The position numbers were made by a program, and so were the translations under genes. A stretch of DNA of 31,458 nucleotides from an uncultured bacterium (GTDB lineage Bacteria > Krumholzibacteriota > Krumholzibacteriia > Krumholzibacteriales > Krumholzibacteriaceae). The stretch covers positions 1 through 31,458 of the forward strand of contig CBDUQN010000031.1 of the NCBI GenBank assembly GCA_965369375.1, read 5' to 3'. Of the stretch, positions 18,252-26,070 are shown in pieces (the first letter of the stretch is position 1; every line of letters begins with the position of its first letter). A model generated the notes under the pieces. The model saw only the letters and a list, made by a program, of their open reading frames with translations. It was not told the origin of the DNA and made no database searches.

Positions 18252-19294
18252 GTGACGTGGACATACAGGTCGAAGAATCCGCGATCGGTGCGTCCGGCGC
18301 ATCCGCACCGGCAGAAAAAGCGGATTCTCCATCCGAAACATACGGGGCTACCTGCCCCTCGTGCGGCGGTTCGCTGCGTATTCGCGAGGGAGAGAGAAGC
18401 ATCCGGTGCACGTACTGCGATTCCGCCCTCTACATCGCGAGACCGAAGGGTGTGCGGAGTTTTATGCTGCCTCCGAAGATCTCGGCCGGCAGGGCGCGGA
18501 TGACGGCACTCCGGTATCTCTCCGAACAGACCGGGGGCAGGGTGAAAGGACGCCATGCGTCGATTGTCGATCTGCAGCTCATTCACGTTCCCTTCTGGAG
18601 AATGCACGGCCGCCTGATGGGATGGGTATGCGGGGACAGGATCAATTTAAAGGAAGTCGAGGTCGTCTCGGAAGTCGGCGATGCCCGGCATTCGATCAAG
18701 TCGCTGCAGGAGGAGCGAATTCCCTATGCAAAACTCGTATTCAAAAAGGTCGACTGGAGCACACCCGCCTGCGTGCTCCCGTACCTCGGCATACAGGGCA
18801 TAAGCCTGCGATCCTCGTTTATCAACTGGGATATTTTCGACCATAAAATGAGAACGAAGAACAAGTTCGCTCTCCCCATGAAAAGCGTACAAAACGCGCA
18901 AAAAGACGCGTTCAATTATCTCACAAAGCTTACAACGCCGCACAAGTCGACGGTGCTGGGGAGCAAGTTCCACATGTTCGATCGCAATTTCTCACTCTAC
19001 TACTATCCCGTTTACTTCATCTGCTACCGTCATAACAAGAGAATATACACGATCACGATAGACGCCAACGACGGCCGCATCGCGCGCGGCGATGTGCCGC
19101 GGTTCACCAAGACAAACTACAGGAAGTTATTCTTCGTTCCGGCCGCTTTCGCATTCCTCGCCGGCACGTACCTGCCGCTCGCGTTTATTGCGCTCGTGAT
19201 CGTCTATGCAGCCGACGTATTCAGCAGCGAGGGATTCATTCTCCCGCACCGGTGGCTTCTCGGGCGCCTGAACAAGTGGTTTGGAGGTGAATGA
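18248..19294 (+). CDS. Zinc-ribbon membrane protein: an acidic/Ala-rich N-terminus, a C4 ribbon, and a C-terminal TM hairpin. It is a paralog of the flanking genes.
   Basis: It shares an ATGA start/stop overlap with the upstream gene. The ribbon is CPSCGGSLRIREGERSIRCTYCDSALYI. The conserved core has HVPFWRM. The C-terminal TM stretch is FFVPAAFAFLAGTYLPLAFIALVIVYAADVF. Confidence 0.75.
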   Translation: MSDVDIQVEESAIGASGASAPAEKADSPSETYGATCPSCGGSLRIREGERSIRCTYCDSALYIARPKGVRSFMLPPKISAGRARMTALRYLSEQTGGRVKGRHASIVDLQLIHVPFWRMHGRLMGWVCGDRINLKEVEVVSEVGDARHSIKSLQEERIPYAKLVFKKVDWSTPACVLPYLGIQGISLRSSFINWDIFDHKMRTKNKFALPMKSVQNAQKDAFNYLTKLTTPHKSTVLGSKFHMFDRNFSLYYYPVYFICYRHNKRIYTITIDANDGRIARGDVPRFTKTNYRKLFFVPAAFAFLAGTYLPLAFIALVIVYAADVFSSEGFILPHRWLLGRLNKWFGGE

Positions 19295-19297
19295 GAT

Positions 19298-20122
19298 ATG
19301 GACGACGGATTCATCGTTAAGCCACTGAAATGCAACCACTGCGGGCACCAACTTCCCGTCATGGGACAATTCGTCACCTTTCAATGCACAACCTGCTTCA
19401 ATTACTGGGTATTGACGCCGGAGGGATTGGCCCCGATAACCGTCTACCGGGCGATTCACGATGCAGACATCGAGCAGGAACCCCTCTATCTCCCCTTCTG
19501 GGCAATTGCGGTAGACAGCGATTCGTACCGTAAACAGATGGAAGTGATCACCGGAGAGCTCCAGAAGGTAAGCCAGGCGATCATCAACACTAATATACAA
19601 CTGGAAGACGATCAGATCGAGCGCCTGGCAAGCTGCAATCCCGACCTGGACATAGGACTCATAAAAACATCCATCGTATGCGAGGCGAGCACGACGAAAA
19701 AGATACCGTCGAGCAGCGAGATCAATTACTTGCTGAGCAGGATACGCGGAACGGCGACGTATCTTATTTACGTCCCGGCCTTTCAGTCCCGGAATACCTT
19801 CACGTATCTCAAGGTCGGACGTCTCCTGACGAAACGCCAGCCGTCGTTCAAGATCGAGAAATCGCGCGGTCTCGGGCACCGCATCCTCTGCGCGCTCCAG
19901 GCCGATGAGGCGGTCGCGCTCATGGATTTCATCTTTATCGCCACGCTGCCCGATTCAATCCAGCAGAACGGGGACTTTCTTAAAGATATTCACATAGAAC
20001 CTGACGGCTCCCCGAGACTCATCGAGTTTCCATTCGAGCACCGCGGCACTCATCTCCTGTGCCTCTTGGGCAACTTCACCATCTCCAGGCGTCTCGTCGA
20101 CGGGCTGCCGAGAGTGTATTGA
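19298..20122 (+). CDS. Soluble zinc-ribbon protein, the third and most diverged paralog, with no TM segment.
   Basis: GGAGG lies 10 nt upstream of the ATG, which is 3 nt after the upstream stop. The ribbon is CNHCGHQLPVMGQFVTFQCTTC. The YLPFWAIA motif matches the HVPFW / YVPYL motifs of its paralogs. Confidence 0.7.
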   Translation: MDDGFIVKPLKCNHCGHQLPVMGQFVTFQCTTCFNYWVLTPEGLAPITVYRAIHDADIEQEPLYLPFWAIAVDSDSYRKQMEVITGELQKVSQAIINTNIQLEDDQIERLASCNPDLDIGLIKTSIVCEASTTKKIPSSSEINYLLSRIRGTATYLIYVPAFQSRNTFTYLKVGRLLTKRQPSFKIEKSRGLGHRILCALQADEAVALMDFIFIATLPDSIQQNGDFLKDIHIEPDGSPRLIEFPFEHRGTHLLCLLGNFTISRRLVDGLPRVY

Positions 20123-20141
20123 TTTACAAATCCTTCGATAT

Positions 20142-20170
20142 GAAATTCCCGGAATACGAATTTCTCTCTC
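20142..20170 (+). terminator. Weak hairpin plus T/C-rich tail about 20 nt after the last gene of the SPFH operon.
   Basis: GAAATTC, a 9-nt loop, then GAATTTC, followed by TCTCTCTC. The stem is AT-rich, so the structure is only marginally stable. Confidence 0.2.
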
Positions 20171-20358
20171 GACCGGTCATAACTGACAACGCCGAAGTCC
20201 TCGTGGATCTCGCCCTCCGGCTCCCTCCCACTTTCCCGCCAATGCCCTGAAAGGGCACCACACATCTTCGCTCTGCCGACTCTGCGCCAGGAGCGTGCAG
20301 GGTATCACAATAATCGCCGGCAGAACGAATCGCAGTCGAGAAATCGTGGAAAATCGCC

Positions 20359-20907
20359 CTAGAACGCGACGCCGACGTTGATCAGCCGGATCGTCGGCAG
20401 TGTCAGGGCGACATCCTCGAGGTCACCGCCGAAGATCCGTACCGCCCCGACACCGAGGCTGACATTGAATCTTCTGCTCTCGCCGAGCAGCCAGCCGTAC
20501 CCGATATCTATGCCGAATCCGTAGAAGTTGCCCGTTCCTCTCTCTTGCTCGTCCTCATCCCAAGCATCTACATAATATAATCCAAAGCGCGCGCCGAAGA
20601 AGAATCCGGCGAAAGCATCATTCTGTGGATAGTACCGGTAGAAACCTGCAAAGCTCTTGAATTCTTCTTTCTCGGTGTCCTCGTCACCGCCGATAGAGAT
20701 GTACGATCCGGCCACTCCAACGGTGCTGTGCGAAGCGATCTTGACTTCCACTTCACCGTTCCACCAGGTGAACATATCAAGGATCGGATTCGTGGAGACA
20801 ACTACCTTTCGTTCCACCTTCCCTTCCTGACCGACCGCCGCGGACGCATTCAACAACATGAAGGCGACAAGCATGCAAGCCAATAACAGTGGCCGCTGGA
20901 TTCTCAT
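20359..20907 (-). CDS. Small outer membrane beta-barrel protein (DUF3575-like, about 180 aa).
   Basis: MRIQRPLLLACMLVAFMLLNASAAVGQE is a signal peptide. The protein has alternating Gly/aromatic beta-strands and a C-terminal NVGVAF ending in Phe. Confidence 0.65.
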   Translation of the reverse strand: MRIQRPLLLACMLVAFMLLNASAAVGQEGKVERKVVVSTNPILDMFTWWNGEVEVKIASHSTVGVAGSYISIGGDEDTEKEEFKSFAGFYRYYPQNDAFAGFFFGARFGLYYVDAWDEDEQERGTGNFYGFGIDIGYGWLLGESRRFNVSLGVGAVRIFGGDLEDVALTLPTIRLINVGVAF

Positions 20908-21139
20908 GACCGCTCCTTTCGTCTGTGCCCCTCGCAGCAAACTCATTCGACCAACGCTAATTGCATAAGTTAAACAGGGAAGCGTGGACTCACGTCAAGT
21001 GTTTTTTATTCGGAAAACGGTTCCCCGCATGCGGATTCGAAGCAATTTCTTCCCGGAAAAAAGGAGTCGGCGCCGCAGGTGCCGAGAAGCGCCATGAAGG
21101 GCGACCCGCGGCACGCTTCTTCAGTCCAGATGTAGCTGT

Positions 21140-22549
21140 TTAGTTTTTTCCGATGATGAAATTCCAGAGCAGGAGAGGCAAAGCGTGGAGTGGTTTAAAT
21201 GTTTCCCGCCACAGCTTGGAAGCAATAAATTGCATCATCCCCGGGAATACTCTGTAAACCGTACGCCCATTCTCGAACCCTTTTTTCGGTCTCAGATAAA
21301 AAGACATGTAAGCCCAAAGGAGGTATCTGTTCACCTGGTGGGTTGTCAGGTTATCGAGCTTTATTACCGGGTCGAGGGCGGTGAACATCCCCCAGTTGCG
21401 GGTCAGAAGACGGTTACGCACCTTTTCGTAGAGTTTCGTTCCGGGGTAAGGGGTCAGAATCGAGAATTGAACCTTGACGGGATTGAGGGACTTTGCAAAG
21501 TTGATCGTTTCCATCATCGTACGCTTGGTCTCGTTGGTTGCGCCGAGAATGAAAGCTCCCGTTACCTTTATGCTGTTTTCATTGAGAATCTCCATAGCCC
21601 GCACGGCATCGCAGAGAAGCGCCTTCTTGTTGTATCCATCGAGCACTTCCTGACTGCCGCTCTCGAATCCGAGAAAGGTCCACCTGAATCCACCCTTCGC
21701 CATCGCTCCAACCATCCCGGGATTCTTCACAATGGTATCGACCCTCGACCATGCCTCCCATATGAGGTCCCACCCTTTCGCGTGTATCCGTTCGGCCAGC
21801 CGAACTGCCCGGTCGGGATCCAGCGTGAAGTTGTCTTCGGTAAAACAGAGTGCCCGGTAGCCGTATTTCTTGTAGAGCAACTCCACCTCTTCGAGGATGC
21901 TCTCGACCGATCTCGAACGCCAGCGCACGCCAAAGAACTCCGATGAAGCGCAGAAATCACAATTGAAGGGACAGCCTCTCGACGTCACGAGTGTCGTCAT
22001 CGGGCGGCCGTTCAATTTTTCGTTGTATAGATCGAGGGACAAAAGATCCCGTGCCGGAAAGGGAAGAGAATCCAGATCATCGATGAATGGTATATCGGGG
22101 CTTCTGTCTATATTTCCATTGTTTCGATACGAAACGCCCCTCACATCTTCAAAGGGCAGTTCACGCGATAAAAAACCAACCAGCGAATGGAATGCATATT
22201 CACCTTCGTTGCGCACGACATAGTCCACCACACCGCTCTCGAGAGTCTCCTCGTCCAGAAAACTGACATGAGGACCTCCCGTCACAACGATGGCGCCTTG
22301 TTGTTTGGCCCGACGGGCGATCTCGAGGGAAACGGGATACCGCGCGGTGTCTACCGAGATGCCTACAATATCAAATTCGTTGTATGGATAATTTTTCCAG
22401 TTGTGCTTTCCGACATTGAAATCAACGATCCGCACCCGGTGCTTGTCTATCAATACAGAGGCCAGGTATGCCAGGCTGAGTGGTGGTCTTCTGATACCTA
22501 TATTGTAATACGAAAACCCGGCGGGCGGATTAACCAGTAGGATATTCAT
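21140..22549 (-). CDS. Cobalamin-binding (B12-binding) domain radical SAM enzyme (class B) of unknown substrate.
   Basis: The N-terminus is a B12-binding Rossmann-like module (MNILLVNPP..., VVTGGPHVS). It is followed by CPFNCDFC (CxxxCxxC) and a radical SAM core. The ATG at 22549 is my choice; the ORF track extends to 22687 but would overlap the upstream gene. Confidence 0.8.
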   Translation of the reverse strand: MNILLVNPPAGFSYYNIGIRRPPLSLAYLASVLIDKHRVRIVDFNVGKHNWKNYPYNEFDIVGISVDTARYPVSLEIARRAKQQGAIVVTGGPHVSFLDEETLESGVVDYVVRNEGEYAFHSLVGFLSRELPFEDVRGVSYRNNGNIDRSPDIPFIDDLDSLPFPARDLLSLDLYNEKLNGRPMTTLVTSRGCPFNCDFCASSEFFGVRWRSRSVESILEEVELLYKKYGYRALCFTEDNFTLDPDRAVRLAERIHAKGWDLIWEAWSRVDTIVKNPGMVGAMAKGGFRWTFLGFESGSQEVLDGYNKKALLCDAVRAMEILNENSIKVTGAFILGATNETKRTMMETINFAKSLNPVKVQFSILTPYPGTKLYEKVRNRLLTRNWGMFTALDPVIKLDNLTTHQVNRYLLWAYMSFYLRPKKGFENGRTVYRVFPGMMQFIASKLWRETFKPLHALPLLLWNFIIGKN

Positions 22550-22574
22550 TGATGAGCCCGAGCCTTTGTCGATA

Positions 22575-22874
22575 TTAGAAGTGCCTCTGGCCTCCACCTC
22601 CACCTCGTCTTCCTCCACCCCTGCGATTATCGCTTCGTGGGCGAGCCTCGTTGACGGTGAGCGTGCGACCCTTGAAATCCTTCTCATTCAAGCCTTCGAT
22701 GGCGGCTTTGGCTTCGTCATCATTAGGCATTTCCACGAAGCCGAATCCCTTCGACTGATCGGTATATCTGTCCTTGATCGTAACCGCACTGAATACCTGG
22801 CCGAAGGATTCAAATGCTTGCCGAATCTCGTCTTCGGTCACATCATACGGCAAATTACCCACATACAGTTTCAT
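22575..22874 (-). CDS. Small RNA-binding protein with a single RRM domain and a Gly/Arg-rich tail.
   Basis: AAGGAGAT lies 6 nt upstream of the ATG at 22874. The RNP-2 motif is LYVGNL and the RNP-1 motif is KGFGFVEM. The C-terminus is RRGGGRRGGGGG. Confidence 0.85.
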   Translation of the reverse strand: MKLYVGNLPYDVTEDEIRQAFESFGQVFSAVTIKDRYTDQSKGFGFVEMPNDDEAKAAIEGLNEKDFKGRTLTVNEARPRSDNRRGGGRRGGGGGQRHF

Positions 22875-23320
22875 AGTGATCTCCTTGTAGCGCCTTGCCG
22901 GTTTTGGATTCACTAAAATACGGCCTTAGGAAGAAAAAGTCATTTAAAGCCTCTGATAGAGATGACGAACGAGGAAAGAATAGCTTATCGTCTTTACGCG
23001 GATTTTAAACAAATTCAATCCTAACTACTTCCTTCGGCAGCTCAAGTATACAAAATTGCCTATCGAGTGCAAGCAATTGTTTATCGGGAGCTGAAATTGG
23101 CTCAGCGCGTTCATAATTGTTTTAGAATAGGCCTAATTGATTATATTACAACTATTAAAGAATCCCTCTGTTTCCGTTGAAGTCTGTTCTCTCACTCCTT
23201 CGTGGGCCGGGGGATTTCGAATGAAAAAATCCTTGATTCTCACTATTTTGCAGCTCTTGCAATTTTCTCGAGAAAATGGCATTTTCTCAATACACATTTT
23301 CAAGGACACGGAGAATAAAA

Positions 23321-24094
23321 ATGAGAACGCGGCTCATACCAATAAGCATCCTGATTCTTGCAGCGGTTTTACTTATGCCAAATCCTTGCGACGGCCCCCG
23401 CGCCGCGCAAGAAAAGCCCACCGGCATCGACGAATCGTCTCTCGATATCAGGATTTTCAGATTTATTAACGGTTCGATAGTAAATCCGGCATTCGATTGG
23501 CTCATGCCGTTCGTCACAGAGCTGCGAAGATGGAGGGTTTTTCTCATACTCGTCTGGTGCTGGCTCGTTCTCTTCGGAAAAACAAAGGGGCGCTGGGCGG
23601 CGCTGATGCTCATACCGCTCATTGCCGCCTCGGATCAATTGACCGCCGCCGTTATCAAACCGATCACCGAGCGGCTTCGGCCCTGCGAGGTGCTCGGAAA
23701 CATCCACTTCTGGCACAGCGTGAACGGATGGATATGGACGCCGGCCGATGTGGTGGGAGGTTTCAAAACATCCCACTCGTTTCCGTCGACCCACGCCGCA
23801 AACATCACTTCTTCGATGCTCTTTCTGAGTCTCGTATACAGACGGTGGGTCTATTATGCCTGCCTGCCCATCGCCGTTCTCGTTTCATTCTCGAGGATAT
23901 ACAACGGGGTACACTGGCCATCAGACGTTGTCGTGGGGATCCTCGTCGGCGCCGCTCTCGCCTGGATCGGGTATGCGATCTTCAAACGGGCGTATAGGGA
24001 AAAGAGGGCCGAACAGATACCGTCCGCCCCCGCGGCGGGGCCGGGCGGTGCGCAGATACCTGATACGGAACCGAGCACAGACACGGACACTTGA
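23321..24094 (+). CDS. PAP2 family membrane-associated phosphatase with a signal peptide.
   Basis: The three PAP2 motifs are present: KPITERLRP (KxxxxxxRP), PSTHAAN (PSGH-like) and SRIYNGVHWPSDVV (SRxxxxxHxxxD). GGAG lies about 10 nt upstream of the ATG at 23321. Confidence 0.8.
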   Translation: MRTRLIPISILILAAVLLMPNPCDGPRAAQEKPTGIDESSLDIRIFRFINGSIVNPAFDWLMPFVTELRRWRVFLILVWCWLVLFGKTKGRWAALMLIPLIAASDQLTAAVIKPITERLRPCEVLGNIHFWHSVNGWIWTPADVVGGFKTSHSFPSTHAANITSSMLFLSLVYRRWVYYACLPIAVLVSFSRIYNGVHWPSDVVVGILVGAALAWIGYAIFKRAYREKRAEQIPSAPAAGPGGAQIPDTEPSTDTDT

Positions 24095-24151
24095 TACGGA
24101 GCCTATCGGGGACACAGACACCTGATAACGGGCGAATTCTCCGAAGGATAG

Positions 24152-25063
24152 TTAAACAGTGAGCACCGGGCAGATCGCTTTCTGGATGACACGCGCGGCC
24201 GTGCTTCCGAAGAGAAAATCACCGATACCGTGCGAGCCGGCTGATCCCATGACAACGAGGTCGATGTTTTCATCCTTGGTGAGGGACCGGATTTCTTCAA
24301 CGGCCTTACCTTCGGCCACGGCGTAGCGCACGGTAATCCCTTCGAGCTGCTTCCCTACGAGATCCTTCATCATCCTCGCTACACGCTCGTTCAGTTCTGG
24401 ATCGAGCTGCAGAATCGAATCTATGCCCGACGTATAGTAGATCGGCGGGATTTCGACGTCCACGGCGTGAAAGGCGATCACTTCCGCATTGTAATGTTCG
24501 GCGATAAACTTGATGAAATCGACCGGCTTGACCGATTCCTTAGAAAAATCGATCGGAAAGAGTATCTTCCGTATATGAATCTCGCCGGTCGTCGGATCGA
24601 TGAACTCGTGCTCGGGTTGCTTTACGAGGAGAACGGGGCACGGCGAATATCGAATTACATTCTCCGCCACGCTCCCGAGAAGCACGTGCTTCAATCCACT
24701 CCTTCCGTGCGTCGACATGACAATCAACCCAACGTCACCTTCCTCGTTGATATAATCGAGGATGGCCGCGTGAGGAGAAATGCCCTGCACGATAGATCGC
24801 TTTACTTTGACCCCGGCATCGCCGATCAAATCGACGCAGACCTGAAATCCGGTCTCCGCGGCATCGCTTACCTCCGTACAATAGCTCTGCAGCGACGGAA
24901 AGTGATGAGCAGGGTCGTTCGGGTCGTGCTCGTAAAGTGTCACAGCGTGGAGCATAACGAGCTCCGCATCGAATATCTTCGCCATCTTTATCGCATACGG
25001 CAGCGCGTGGTTTGCAAGCTCGGAGAAATCCGTAGGGAAAAGCACCTTCTTTACTTCGGGCAT
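24152..25063 (-). CDS. Tandem universal stress protein (two UspA domains).
   Basis: Two USP-like halves, each with the ...VLHV / GSHG... architecture (MPEVKKVLFPTDFSE..., VVMGSAGSHGIGDFLFGSTA). GGGGGA lies 8 nt upstream of the ATG. Confidence 0.8.
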   Translation of the reverse strand: MPEVKKVLFPTDFSELANHALPYAIKMAKIFDAELVMLHAVTLYEHDPNDPAHHFPSLQSYCTEVSDAAETGFQVCVDLIGDAGVKVKRSIVQGISPHAAILDYINEEGDVGLIVMSTHGRSGLKHVLLGSVAENVIRYSPCPVLLVKQPEHEFIDPTTGEIHIRKILFPIDFSKESVKPVDFIKFIAEHYNAEVIAFHAVDVEIPPIYYTSGIDSILQLDPELNERVARMMKDLVGKQLEGITVRYAVAEGKAVEEIRSLTKDENIDLVVMGSAGSHGIGDFLFGSTAARVIQKAICPVLTV

Positions 25064-25210
25064 TATTATATCCCCCTTGGTTTTTCAGGTCCCGGCTAGG
25101 ATGCGATCCTCACCTAATCTGTTTGTTGTAATAAAGTTCCTGGCTCCTCTGATGCTAATGTCCCGGCAGCAGCGGTGTCAAGATGTATCGGACGTGTGCG
25201 CTTTGCGCGG

Positions 25211-25993
25211 CTATTCAGCAGGAACGCCGACCGGAACGATGAGATACGGCTCCCATTCACTGGGAAGCTCGAGCACCTTGCTCACCCTGTCATCGTGGTA
25301 CGCGCCGATGGCGACGCTGCCCAATCCGAGTGCCGCCGCCTCGAGCATCAGGTTTTCCGATGCACACCCCACCTCGATGTGCACGTACCGGCCGGCCCTG
25401 TCTCCGTAACGGCCGGCGGTTCTCGAAACCTCGGCCGCAAATATGAACACGAGCGGGGCTTGCGCAATGCAAGACTGACCCAGTGCGGCCCCGGACAGTT
25501 CCTCTCTGATATCCCTGCGCAGCATGACGACAAGACTGTGTCGCTCCGGCACGTAGCGTGCGAGATACTCGGATGTGGCGAGCAAGAGCTCGAGGGGGTA
25601 TGTTGCGCCGGCCGAGGGAGCGCTGCGGAGTCCGTACACGCCTTCGGTGATGCCCTGGGCGGCCCAGAGCAATCGCGAAACGGCGTCACGTTTCGGCACC
25701 TCCCCGGAATAGCTCCTGATGGATCTTCGGCGCCATATCGCCTCCTCTATCGAAACGGCGCCTTTGCGGGGAACCTCGGGAAGCGAAATCGTGTCCCCAT
25801 TACCTCCTGCATTTGAATCCGACATTGAACCTCCTCCTCCGGCGGCCGGCGCCGGCGCGTCGTGCCCGGCGCAGAAGCCGGGCCGCGCAATGCCGGGCGT
25901 CGAGAACGCATTATCGATAATTGCAGCGCAAAAATACATTATCAGTATCGCAGCAAGCAAAACATACATCATTCCCTTTGCTGAATTAGACAT
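25211..25993 (-). CDS. Membrane-anchored SagB-type dehydrogenase domain protein (nitroreductase superfamily).
   Basis: An N-terminal TM/signal segment is followed by a Gly-rich linker. The domain ISLPEVPRKGAVSIEEAIWRRRSIRSY...LLWAAQGIT...SAGATYPLEL...IEVGCASENLMLEAAALGLGSVAIGAY matches the SagB/ThcOx-type pattern. GGGGAGG lies 7 nt upstream of the ATG. Confidence 0.7.
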   Translation of the reverse strand: MSNSAKGMMYVLLAAILIMYFCAAIIDNAFSTPGIARPGFCAGHDAPAPAAGGGGSMSDSNAGGNGDTISLPEVPRKGAVSIEEAIWRRRSIRSYSGEVPKRDAVSRLLWAAQGITEGVYGLRSAPSAGATYPLELLLATSEYLARYVPERHSLVVMLRRDIREELSGAALGQSCIAQAPLVFIFAAEVSRTAGRYGDRAGRYVHIEVGCASENLMLEAAALGLGSVAIGAYHDDRVSKVLELPSEWEPYLIVPVGVPAE

Positions 25994-26070
25994 AGCGCTA
26001 CCTCCCCATATTGTTTTCTAATCAAAGAACGGCCTTGCGGGTAGCCGGATTTTAGAATAAAACTATCAAC

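Noticed and set aside
22550-22687. The N-terminal 46-aa extension of the radical SAM ORF (MRRISRVARS...).
   Set aside because: It would overlap the RRM gene. MNILLVNPP at 22549 is the typical start of B12-binding rSAM proteins.
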